Of a stretch of 64,000 bases of DNA, positions 1 to 11,404 are shown piece after piece. The DNA comes from the human T2T-CHM13v2.0 reference genome, Homo sapiens. Location: NCBI RefSeq assembly GCF_009914755.1, contig NC_060925.1. One strand, 5' to 3'. The position numbers and the translations under genes were made by a program. Under the pieces are notes generated by a model, which was not told the origin of the DNA, ran no database searches, and saw nothing but the letters and a program-made list of their open reading frames with translations. The number at the start of each line of letters is the position of its first letter. Position 1 is the first letter of the stretch.

Positions 1-843
1 TATTCTTCCTCCAGACACTCTCTGTTTCTCCTGGATGGAAAGGTTCTGCTACTTGTCCCGTGGTCAGGCCCAGCCAATGGAACGGAATGGAAGTGACTCT
101 GCCCCTTATTGGCAGAAACTTTAAAAGCCGCACAACGTTCCTGCACCCTCCCCTCTGCCATGAGCCTGGCAGTGCTCAGGATGGGAAAATTATCTCACCT
201 GGGCCTGAGGATACAGGAGCTACCCCCAGCCTGCAGTGGAAGAGAAGCATGGACAAGTGATTAAACTTTGTGTTTTCAAGCCACAGAGGTTTTTTGAAGT
301 TGTTTGCTACCATGCTTTGTCCCTACAAACACAGTCATGGAGAAGGCCAGTGGCAGAGCCTGAGCCGTTCGCGCATCTGTTCACCAGTATCCAGAATAAC
401 AATAGATTTTTGAAACATTCCTGAGAAAATTCTGGGAGTTGCATACCGGCCAGTCTTATTCTCTAAAGTTGTTCCTTCTAAAGGGTGTGATGACCGAAAA
501 TTTCAGAAAAGCAAACCACCGCTGAAAGGCAACGTTATTTCTGTTGGCAGAAGGCGGCCTGAGCAATCTAGATTTTCCACGGTTCACCAACTAGTTTTTA
601 AGGAAATATGGCTGTGAGAGGAATAAAACATGATTCCTACCTTTAAGGAACTCAGAGAAGTGAATTAAAGGAAGTCACAGATCAGACAACCAACCACACA
701 AAGTTTCTAAGAGCAAACTGTTCAGGTCGGCAAGTCACTCTTATCCACTGTTTTGCCTTCTAAGGTTTCAGTTACTCTCAGTCAGTCATGGTCCAAAAAC
801 ATTAAATGAAAAATTCCAGAAATAAACAATACACACGTGTTAA
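1..843 (+). ncRNA. FAM87B: 3' portion of terminal exon of lncRNA FAM87B (end approximate)
   Basis: Named from recalled locus order (FAM87B-LINC00115-LINC01128-FAM41C/TUBB8P11). ATTAAA at 801-806 and AATAAA at 821-826 are candidate poly(A) signals. No credible ORF. Confidence 0.5.
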
Positions 844-920
844 ATCATGTTTCATTCTGAGTAGCTTGATGAAGTCTCATGCCGTCCCACTCAGCCCCAC
901 CTGGGGTGTGACACCTCCCT

Positions 921-3900
921 CTGTCGAGCAGATCCACCCTGTCTATACTACCTGCTTTTCCAGGAGATCCACCCTGTCTAGACTACCTGCGTGGCCAGCA
1001 GATCCACCCTATCTACACTACCTGCTTTTCCAGCAGATCCACCCTGTCTACACTACCTGCCTGTCCAGCAGATCAACACTGTCTACACTACCTGCTTTTC
1101 CAGCAGATCCACACTGTCTACACTACCTGCTTTTCCAGCAGATCCACCCCGTCTACACTACCTGCCTGGCCAGCATATCCACCCTGTCTACACTACCTGC
1201 TTTTCCAGTAGATCTGCCCTATCTACAATACCTGCTTGTCCAGCAGAACCACCCTGTCTATACTACCTGCCTGTCCAGCAGAACCACCCTGTCTATACTA
1301 CCTGCCTGTCCAGCAGATCCACCCTGTCTACACTACCTGCCTGGCCAGCAGATCCGCCCTGTCTATACTACCTGCCGCTCCAGCAGATCCACCCTGTCTA
1401 CACTACCTGCCTGTCCAGCAGACCCGCCCTGTCTACACTACCTGCCTGGTCAGTATATCCACCCTATCTACACTACCTGCCTGGCCAGCATATCCGCCCT
1501 GTCTACACTACCTGCCAGCCCAGCAGATCCGCCCTGTCTACACTACCTGCCTGGCCAGTAGATCCACGCTATCTACACTACCTGCCTGGCCAGCAGATCC
1601 ACCCTGTCAACACTACCTGCTTGTCCAGCAGGTCCACACTGTCTACACTACCTGCCTGTCCAGCAGGTGCACCCTATCTACACTACCTGACTGTCCAGCA
1701 GATCCACCCTGTCTACACTACCTGCCTGTCCAAAAGATCCACCCTGTCTATATTACCTGCCTATACAGCAGAACTACCCTGTCTACACTACCAGCCTCCC
1801 CAGCAGATCCACCCTGTCTATACTACCTGCCTGGCCAGTAGATGCATCCTGTCTTCACTACCTGCTTGTCCAGCAGGTCCACCATGTCTACACTGCCTGC
1901 CTGGCCAGCAGATCCACCCTGTCTACACTACCTGCCTGCAAAGCAGATCCACCCTGTCTACACTACCTGGCTGGCCAGTAGATCCACGCTATCTACACTA
2001 CCTTCCTGTCCAGCAGATCCAACCTCTCTATACTACCTGCCTGTCGAGCAGATCCACCCTGTCTATACTACCTGCCTGTCCAGCAGGTCCACCCTGTCTA
2101 CACTACCTGCGTGCCCAGCTGATCCGCCCTGTCTACACTACCTGCTTGTCGAGCAGATCTGCCCTGTCTACACTACCTGCCTGTCCAGCAGATCCACCCT
2201 GTCTATACTCCGTACCTGGCCAGCAGATCCACGCTATCTACACTACCTGCCTGTCCAGCAGATCCACACTGTCTACACTACTTGCCTGTCCAGCAGATCC
2301 ACTCTGTCTACACTAACTGCCTGCCCAGCAGATCCACCCTGTCTATACTACTTGCCTGGCCAGTAGATCCACGCTATCTACATTCCCTTCCTGTCCAGCA
2401 GAGCCACCCTGTCTATACTACCTGCCTTTCGAGCCAATCCACCCTGTCTATACTACCTGCCTATCCAGCAGGTCCACGCTGTCTACACTACCTGCTTGCC
2501 CAGAAGATCCACACTGTCTACACTACCTGCCTGGCCAGTAGATCCACGGTATCTACACTACCTCCCTGGCCAGCAGATTCACCCAGTCTACACTAACTGC
2601 TTGTCCAGCAGGTCCACCCTGTCTACACTACGTGCCTGCCAGCAGATCCAAGCTGTCTACACTACCTGCCTGGCCAGTAGATCCATGCTATCTCCACTAC
2701 CTGCCTATCCAACTGATCCACCCTCTCTTTACTACCTTCCTGTCCGGCAGATTGACCCTCTCTACTCTACCTGCCTGGCCAGCAGATCCACGCTATCTAC
2801 ACTACCTGACTTACCAGATCCACCCTGTCTACACTACATGCTTGTCCAGCAGGTCCACCCTGTCTACACTACCTGCCTCTCCAGAAGATCCACCCTGTCT
2901 ATACTACCTGCCTATCCAGCATATCTACCCTGTCTACACTACCTACCTGCCCAGCAGATCCACCCTGTCTTCACTACCTACCTAGCGAGCAGATCCACCC
3001 TGTCTACTCTACCTGCTTGTCCAGCAGGTCCACCCTGTCTACACTACCTGCCTGTCCAGCAAATCCACTCTGTCTACACTACCTGGCTGTCCAGCAGATC
3101 CACCCTGTCTACACTACCTGCCTATCCAGCAGATCCACCCTGTCTATACTACCTGCCTGTCTAGCAGATCCACCCTGTCTATACTACCTGCCCATCCAGC
3201 AGGTCCACCCTGTCTACACTACCTCCCTGCCGAGTAGATCCACCCTGTCTACACTACCTGCCTGGCCAGAAGATCCACCCTGTCTACACTACCTTCCTTG
3301 CCAGTAATGCACGCTATCTACACTACCTGCCTGGCTAGCAGATCCACGCTGTCTATACTACCTCCCTGTCCAGTAGACCCACCCTGTCTATACTACCTCC
3401 CTGGCCAGCAGATCCACCCTGTCTATACTACCTGCCTGGCCAGCAGATCCACCCTGTCTATACTACCTGACTGGCCAGCAGATCCACCCTGTCTACACTA
3501 CCTGCCTGCCCAGAAGATGCGCCATGTCTACACTACCTGCTTGTCCAGCAGATCCACCCTGTCTACACTAGCTGCCTGTCCAGCATGTCCACCCTATCTA
3601 CACTACCTGCCTGTCCAGCAGATCCACCCTGTCTATACTACCTGCCTATCCAGCAGATCTACCCTGTCTACACTACCTGCCTGCTCAGCAGATCCACCCT
3701 GTCTATACTAACTGCCTGGCCAGCAGATCCACGCTATCTACACTACCTGCCTGGCGAGCAGATCCACCCTGTCTACACTACCTGCTTGCCCAGCAGGTCC
3801 ACCCTATCTACACTACCTGCCTGCCCAGCAGATCCGCCCTGTCTGTACTACCTGCCTGGCCAGCAGATCCACCCTGTCTACACTACCTGCCTGCCCAGCA

Positions 3901-4635
3901 GATCCACCCTGTCCACACTACCTGCCTGGCCAGTAGATTCACGCTATCTACTCTACCTGTATGGCCAGCAGATCCACTCTGTCTATACTACCTGCCTGTC
4001 AAGCAGGTCCACCCTGTCTACACTACCTACCTGGCCAGTAGATCCACACTATCTACACTACCTGCCTGTCCAGCAGATCCACCCTGTCTATACTACCTAA
4101 CTGTCGAGCAGATGCACCCTGTCTATACTACCTGCCTATCCTGCAGGTCCACCTTGTCTACACTACCTGCCTGCCCAGCAGATCCACCCTGTCTACACTA
4201 CCTGCCTGTCCAGCAGACCCGCCCTTTCTATACTACCTGCCTGGCCAGCACATCCGCCCTGTCTATACTACCGGCCTGTCCAGCAGATCCACTCTGTCTA
4301 TACTACCTGCCTGTCCAGCAGATCCATCCTGTCTACACTACCTGCCTACCCAACAGATCCACCCTGTCTACACTACCTGCCTGGCCAGTAGATCCATGCT
4401 ATCTACACTACCTGCCTGGCCGGCAGATCCACTCTGTCTACACTGCCTGCTTGTCCAGCAGGTCCACCCTGTCTACACTACCTGCCTGCCCAGCAGATCC
4501 ACCCTGTCTACACTACCTGCCTGGCCAGTAGATCCACGCTATCTATACTACCTGGCTGGCCAGCAGATCCACCCTGTCTATACTACCTGCCTGTCCAGCA
4601 GATCCACCCTGTCTCTAATACCTGCCTGTCCAGCA
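921..4635. repeat. 35-bp minisatellite, ~106 degenerate copies, consensus CAGCAGATCCACCCTGTCTACACTACCTGCCTGTC
   Basis: Period read directly (CAGCAG at 1031 and 1066). The ORF track shows a 35-aa repeat, as expected for a 35-bp unit read through three frames. Confidence 0.97.
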
Positions 4636-6109
4636 ACATTAGTCCTTAAAAAAAGCAAACACACAAAATCAGTGTCTATTTACAACAGCCAAATATTATG
4701 ACTACGATTTGAAATAAATTTGTAGACCCATGTAAATAAATTTTAAAACTCAATGAGGATATAAAAATGACATGAATAAAGCCTGAAAATCATATTATTA
4801 GAATGGAGGACATAGTGACATAAAACCTCAGTGACTGTAGACTCAGGGCAACCTAGACTTAAAAGTCCCATGTGGTCTTTTACATGTAAAAAATGAGAAT
4901 TAGTCTAAAAGTCAATTTTGTCTAAATTTTGATTTTTGGTGAGTATACAGTCAAAATAGTTGTGAAAAGAAAAAAATAAAGTTGTCAAATTTCATGTAAC
5001 CTATGTTATTTGGAAATTTAAAATAAGTTATATAAATATTTATAACAATGTTAAACAATTTCATAAGTGGACTGAATAAAACATAATATTTTATCATATA
5101 CAATAGCTCCTGCCTTCCTGAGGAAAACATAAAATCAAAGGGCGTGAAGGAAGGATTTTGGTTTCACTGCAGAAACATAATAAGACACCGAAGTGTGTGT
5201 TTGTGTGTGCGTACATATATTTAAACTACAGAATATAAAATAGCATCTAATATACATCAAAAATGAGTTTCATAGAAAAATTCATTTTACATATATGTCT
5301 ATAAAATAATAAAATTTATTCAGCCTCACAATTACTTTGTGAACTGGAAATAACAATGAGTTGTCATTTTATCCAAATCTAAAAAAAAACATACATACAG
5401 TATCAAGTTCTGGTTAAAGTAGTAGATGTACTTTACGTGGTACATAAGAGTATCTATACAGTTTGTGGGCTGCATCTTGCTAGAATATATTACATTATAA
5501 AATGCACCATTTATTTACTCTGCGATCAAACCCCCAACTTGCCCCAAGTGGAGGAACCCTCAGACATTTGCAGAGGAGTCAGTGTGCTAGTAAGCAGCAT
5601 TCTTTACAAATCTATGAACATCAAGGTCTCCTTGGAACAGATGCTCTGTGAACAATTTATAAAACTCCCTCCTGTTAGACACTTAGGTTGATTCCATTTT
5701 TAAATCAATTACTGAATAAAACACACTCCATCGTGTGGATGAAATGCTACCTTAATTTGTCAAAGCTATCATTTTCTAAACTTTTCTTTTTAATTCAAAT
5801 CATTAATAATTTGTGACCAGATCAATACTGATTCATTGTTTTAAGCTTCAAATGCATTATACAGTTGGGCAGAACACATTTCCTCTCATCAATCTTCTTT
5901 TCCAGGATTTGTCAGGTATTCCTGACATTAATTCACTACTAATATGCACAGTTTCTCTAATCATGGTCAACAAAGATCTGACAGTGCATTGTCCCTAAAC
6001 GATCCATACTTGCCTCACTGACACCATGTGGCCCACTTCCCATCTATAATCTATGTCTGGGTGTGAAGCCCTTCCCATATGATCCCCCGAATGGAACTTC
6101 ACAAGTTCG

Positions 6110-6524
6110 AATTCACTGGGTCACAGTGTGATAGTGTGAAGATGGGAGGACGTTAAGGGAAGGCTATGGGTGAGTTGGGAAATGTGTTAGGCAGGGTCAG
6201 AGATTACCACATCCTAAAAACAACACTTAAGGAGGGAGATGACAAAACAATCAATGAATAACATGACTTTTTCCAGTGAAAGTGCCATATCTAATCCTTT
6301 TCCATTTTTGTTCTCTGAGCTTCTTTCTTAGGGAAGATCCTTCTTGAGAAGCCCCTGCTGAGTATTAGGAAAATGCATTTCAGGACCTCTCATCAACACA
6401 TCCTCTTTCTTTACCACAACCACATATATGGGGGCATAACTCAACATGTGTAAAAGACAATCTTCTGCTTTTCACTGAACCTCCAGGAATTCAGGACAAT
6501 AAACGTCTACATGGAGACCAACAG
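6110..6524 (+). ncRNA. LINC01128: Candidate upstream alternative first exon of LINC01128 (5' end approximate)
   Basis: Perfect donor CAG|GTGAGT at 6524/6525; fits a recalled upstream-start isoform. The 5' boundary cannot be determined from sequence. Confidence 0.5.
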
Positions 6525-7177
6525 GTGAGTTTTTCTGCCCCTTCTTTCATAACACCGTTCTTCCCTAGTGAAGTCCACACACATCCTTACATGGCAGCTG
6601 TGGGTATATCAACTGGTCTGACCCCTTTTAGTCACAGAGCCTGAAGTCTCTGCTAGTACCTGCTGAGCACAGGGTCATGGGTGAGAATGGGCAAGTCTTT
6701 TTCTTTCTCTGGTTCCTGAACTTCCCAGGCTCTCTCACTTCTGGATCCTGAATACCCAAAAACCAAGCTTCCTTCCCAGAACCAACACCTCCTCCTCATT
6801 AGAAAGATACCTTTGTTCTGTGCTTACTTTATAAAGTCTTGCTCTTTCCCTATCCACTGCCTTGTGTCAGTATGTGTGTGTCTTGGGGCCGGTGGAAAGG
6901 TGAACAGAAGCCAGTAGAGAGTAACCAGCACCAGCTTCACAGGAATGGCATGACCTTGATACGATAGCGGCAGTTTTCCCTTAACATCCCTGCCCCCTAA
7001 AGACTTCAGATCATATGTCACACTCTTAAGTAACAGCGATTTGTCTTTCACGGTTTTAATCATATTGATTAAAAGCATTTGTCTTCTCCAGAACATCACA
7101 TTAAGTCATCAAAAAATATAAACCTTAAAAAGATGTAATTATTGGAACTGAAAAACATAAAAGGTGAGCTTTGGAAA

Positions 7178-8494
7178 TATCTTTGAGCAATTTATTCGTT
7201 ATGAACACATGTAATCTGTTGGAACAAAGTTCTAGGACAATCCAGGTCATCCTTCAATATTTGCAGAAAACATCACAAAGAAAACTTGATACTTATACTT
7301 AGTTGGAAACTTTATGCCACAGCCATTAAATACAGAGATCATACAAAGGAATAGAGGAAGCTGTTGAATACTAAACTAACTCAAATCATCAATATCCTTA
7401 CGGAGTGCACACTGAATTAATGTAAAAAGCATTTAGTAAACAAAAAGTATTTTCAATATACAATTAAGACTGAAAAGTATTGAGGCCTCATAAGCTGAAC
7501 CTGACACAATAAATTTAAAAGGGAAACTAATTTGGAAATCAGAAAACCACTAAGGAATTTGGGAATTAGGCTTCTGCTGCCCTCTCTGCTACTGACGGTC
7601 AAGGCCTCCTCATTGTATTCTGTCCTCCATATCTCTGCTGATTCCCATTTTGTCTATTTCCATTTACCCCACTACTGCTTGCTCAGGTCACTCTCCTTCA
7701 CTGTCGGTGTTTGTTCAAATTCCTCAGACCCATCCACTTCCCATCTAAACTTCCCTCCCCTTTTCTCGCTCGTTGGCTCTACCTCCCTCCTCTCTGTTTT
7801 CTCCTCACTCTCCTGCCCCACCTCGACATCCACAGCGAGGCAATGAAGAAGCCCCTGCCAAGGAGGAGCCCGCTTCTCAGTGGGACACCGGGAAGGTAGA
7901 CACCCAACAGTCACCGCTAGTGGGAGGCGATTGTGCAGAAGCACGAGGGTTGTTACAGGATCGGGCAGGTCCCCTACCCCAGTCTCGGACTCAGGGTCCT
8001 GTCTGAGGCGGCCACCCCGAAGCGTGGGGTTTGCGGAGACGTAGGGCCTGGCGGAGGGAAGGATGGGGAAGCATCTAAGGGAGGACTGGCGTCTGCCGAA
8101 TCCCAGGGCTGCCCTGAGGGGCCAAGAGGGGCGAGGGTGGGGACGATGGAAGACAAGCCACATGCCGAATGGGGACCTGAGGCCGCGCGCGATAGGATGG
8201 GCGGACGGTGAAGAGAACTAGGGTGGAAGGGCCGGACAGGGGCGACCTCAGTGACGGAACCGGACACAGACGCAGATCTGGCAGCTGAGCGACAGGCTTC
8301 GGAGCATTTCCGGGCGTCGCGGGACTCCCCGCCGACAGGAGGGCGGTTGCCGAGCCTGTGACATCCGCGGAGACCAGCAGACCCCGGGTGTGGAGGACGC
8401 CGCAGGGAGGGGACTGCGTGGCTGGGTTTGGCCACAAAAAGCGGAGGGCACTCACCCGAGCGGACCTTGGCTCCGGATAATCCGTTTCCGGGTC
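7178..8494 (-). ncRNA. LINC00115: Single-exon lncRNA divergent from LINC01128
   Basis: Starts in the CpG island; minus-strand AATAAA (TTTATT at 7191-7196) lies near the expected 3' end. Name and ends from locus recall. Confidence 0.65.
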
Positions 8495-9045
8495 AACAAA
8501 AAACGTCGCGCGAGGGGCGGGGCGCGTACGTGCAGGGAGGGGAGGCAGAGAAAAAGGCGGGGCCGGGCCGGGCCGGGGCGGGGTCTCGGGCAGGGGCGGG
8601 GAGCTTACCGACCTCCCGCCCCCGCTGCGCGCGTTTCTGGCCCTGCCAGTGTCTCCGCCGGTTGAAAGCGCGTGTCTGCGTCGGGTTCTGTTGGAGTGCG
8701 TTCGGTGCGCCGTGGGTCCGCGCTGCTTCCACCCAACTTCCTGTTAGGTAAGAGGCGCGTGAGGCTCCTGTGCCGGGGGCGGTGCTGCTCCCGAGTCGGC
8801 GCGCGGCGGGGACGCGAGTCCGTAGGTGCTGGCGGGAGCGAGAGTCGGGTGGGGACCCTCGCGAGCCCGCACTCCGCCTCTGGGTAGCAGCCTCTTCGGC
8901 CCCACACGGCGTGACGCGCGCTCGGGCTCCGCGTTCGCGTCGAGGCAGAGGCGTAGTAGGGGTCGGGCCCAGGGCTGGAGGGGCCGGGACCGGGCGGGGT
9001 GCCGCCCTGGACACCGCGCCGGCAGCTGTTCCGCGCGGGTTCATG
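7900..9045. promoter_or_regulatory. CpG island / bidirectional promoter with GC boxes and G-run cluster
   Basis: Very high GC and CpG density; GGGGCGGGG boxes near 8514, 8575 and 8593; TATA-less; donor at 8747/8748 on the + strand. Confidence 0.9.
8563..8747 (+). ncRNA. LINC01128: LINC01128 exon 1 (an alternative donor exists at 8821/8822)
   Basis: Donor TAG|GTAAGA at 8747/8748; second donor TCC|GTAGGT at 8821/8822. Confidence 0.7.
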
Positions 9046-9957
9046 TCATTCCTATTTTCAACCTGTCCTGCTCCGCACCTGAGATGATTTATAAATTCGG
9101 TACCTTTGGGACAGGCGTGGATGACATCCCATAATTTACTTCGTTATTAATTTCTAAATGTAATACATACCACTCTCTAAAAGTATTTTTTAATTTGAAA
9201 TATATTTGTATATATGTACATATATATTTATTTATTTCTGAATTTTGTCTCCAGTACATATAATGAGGCTTGTAAAGTGGATAGTGTTCAGGACATAGGT
9301 GGATTTTGCTTTTAAGTAGTAAAGACTTAATTGGTGACTTACTGGGGCTATTTGATAAGGATTTTTTTTTTAAATGAACATTAAAAACAGTGAAATTGTA
9401 TTTCCGGATTTCATTAGCTTCATTTATATCTTAATTGGTGAAAACTGTAAGTTAATAACTCATTTTTATTTCCTTTGGAGATTCTTAAGTTTGTGCTACC
9501 AATGATTATTTCCAAAAAAAGGCACACTTCTGGTTTTCCCAGAACTAATGCTAGCTTCTCAATCTTTTGAGTTTACTTGATATTAATGTTTGACCTCAAA
9601 TCATGTCACATTTTTGAAGAAAACTTTCTCTTAGCCAGTGGAACATAAACCACCCTGGAGTTCATATAGAGGAGGGGTTCAAATGCCTCTGATAGTGTCG
9701 TGTTAAAACTCATGGCCAAACCCAAGGTCACATAGCTTTCTTTCCATGTTTTCCTCTAGAATTTGTATAGTTTTGTCATTAGAAAATGGGTCTTGTCCTA
9801 GACCCCAAGAACAGGTTTTTGGATTTCACATGGGAAAGACCTTTTGGCAAGTCACAGAGTATAGTGAAGTTAAGATAGTTTATTAGCAACTACTCAGCTA
9901 CATAGCAGGGCGTCCTCAGAAAGCAAGAGGAGGAATGCACCTGTTGTAAACATATAA

Positions 9958-10235
9958 TTTTTTTTTGAAACAGTTTCTCTCCTGTCACAATGGCATGATC
10001 TCGGCTCACTGCGACCTCTGCTTCCTGGGTTCAAGGATTCTCCTGCCTCAGCCTCCCAAGTAGCTGGGATTACAGGTGCGTGCCAATATACCCGGCTAAT
10101 TTTTTGTATTTTTGGTAGAGACTGGGCTTCACCATGTTGGTCAGGCTGGTCTGGAACTCCTGGCCTCAAGTGATCTGCCTGCCTCGGCTTCCCAAAGTGC
10201 TGGGATAACAGGCATGAGCCACCCGGCGCCCGGGC
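9958..10235 (-). mobile_element. AluS element with a small internal deletion
   Basis: Poly-T, then GATCTCGGCTCACTGC...GCTGGGATTACAGG...AATTTTTTGTATTTTT...CCCAAAGTGCTGGGAT. Confidence 0.95.
9974..10075 (+). ncRNA. LINC01128: LINC01128 exon 2 (exonised antisense Alu, 102 nt)
   Basis: Acceptor TTTTTTTTTGAAACAG| at 9973 uses the Alu poly-T; donor CAG|GTGCGT at 10075/10076. Confidence 0.75.
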
Positions 10236-10379
10236 TTAATGTTTGTTTATATAGGTTATTAAGAATCAGTTTGTGACAGGCTATTAGTATTGTTACTTCT
10301 CTTTGTTACTGTCGATTTTAACATCAATTTATGTGTGTACTATTACCTTTAAAGTAAAACTTATTTTTAAACTAAGAAT

Positions 10380-10590
10380 GCTGAGTGGTGTGCTGTGTGG
10401 GTGTACTGTGCTGGTGTTCTATGCAGGTGTATTATGCATGTGTGCTGTGAAAGTGTATTGTGGGGGTATATTATGTAGGTGTGCCATGCAGGTGTATTGT
10501 ACAGGTGTGCTGTATAGGGGTGGTATGCAGGTATATTGTGCAGGTGTGCTGTGTAGGTGTATTATATGGGCATGCAGTACAGGTGTGCAG
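10380..10590. repeat. Degenerate GT-rich tandem repeat (~15-bp GCAGGTGTRYTRTGT-like units)
   Basis: Recurrent CAGGTGT / AGGTGT / GTATTGT words. Confidence 0.6.
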
Positions 10591-11035
10591 CATCTGAGCT
10601 CCGTCTTCACCTTAATCCCGAACACTCTTTTCACCTCTCACCTGCACTGCAGTGCTGTTTCCTGGATCACACTTTTTTGTTTGTTTGTTTAATTCCTCCA
10701 GGAGAATGAGTGTATAGGAAATAAGGATTTCTCTTCACATTTTACTTGACTAACAGTTTCTCTGGTTATAGAATATATTTTGGATTTAAAGCTCTCTCTG
10801 AATTTTGAAAACACTGTTTCATTTTCCGCTTGCCTCCTATGTTGTTCTAGAGAAGCTCAATCGCAATCTCGTCCCCCATCCTCAAGCGATACACTTCTTT
10901 TTTCTTTATTATCTTGAAGCATTCAGGGTCTTTTCTTCATTTTTGGCTTTCTGAAATTGCAGGACAATATGATGTAGGTTCGTTTTTATCTCTGTGCTAG
11001 CTCTTTTCATTTGGAAACCTGTGTTGCGTTCTGAA

Positions 11036-11404
11036 TGCTGTGGTCTGAAAGTGTACCTTCAAATTCATATGTTCACACTTAATGGCCAAGGTGATAGTAT
11101 TGAGAGGTGGGGCCTGAAGGACGTGGCTAAGTCACAAGGGCAGAGCCTTCACAGTGGGATCAGTGCCCTTAAGGAAGGGCTGAGGGCCTGGGTTTGCCTT
11201 TTTACCTTTTCACCTCCTGCCGCGTGAGGGCCCAGCCACAAGGTACCATCTGGGAAGCAGAGTCCCAACCCTTGCCAGACACTGAGCCCACTGGTGCTTT
11301 ATCTTGGACTCCCAGCCTCCAGAACTGTGAGAGATAAATTTCTGTTTTTTATAAAGTACTCAGTCTCCTGTATTTTGTTGGAGCAGTACAAATGGAGTAA
11401 AACA
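11036..11404 (+). mobile_element. MaLR solo LTR (MST/MLT1A-like)
   Basis: TGCTGTGGTCTGAA...GAGAGGTGGGGCCT...CTTGGACTCCCCAGCCTCCAGAACTGTGAGAGATAAATTTCTG. Confidence 0.8.

Larger units (their letters stand above)
9780..10375 (-). mobile_element. ERV1-class (MER4-group-like) LTR remnant interrupted by an Alu
   Basis: GACCCCAAGAACAGGTTTTTGGATTTC...GTTTATT resembles antisense MER4-group LTR sequence. Subfamily not resolved. Confidence 0.4.

Noticed and set aside
921-4635. CRISPR-like array (35-bp repeat with weak dyad symmetry)
   Set aside because: Units are head-to-tail with no unique spacers, there are no cas genes, and the context is mammalian.
806-4701. Long + strand ORFs (up to 441 aa) as protein-coding genes
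   Set aside because: They are the 35-bp unit read in three frames, mostly with non-ATG starts and no domain or gene structure.
7532-9134. Overlapping 60-183 aa ORFs in the first CpG island
   Set aside because: Arg/Gly/Pro/Ala-rich on both strands, as expected from stop-codon scarcity in GC-rich DNA.
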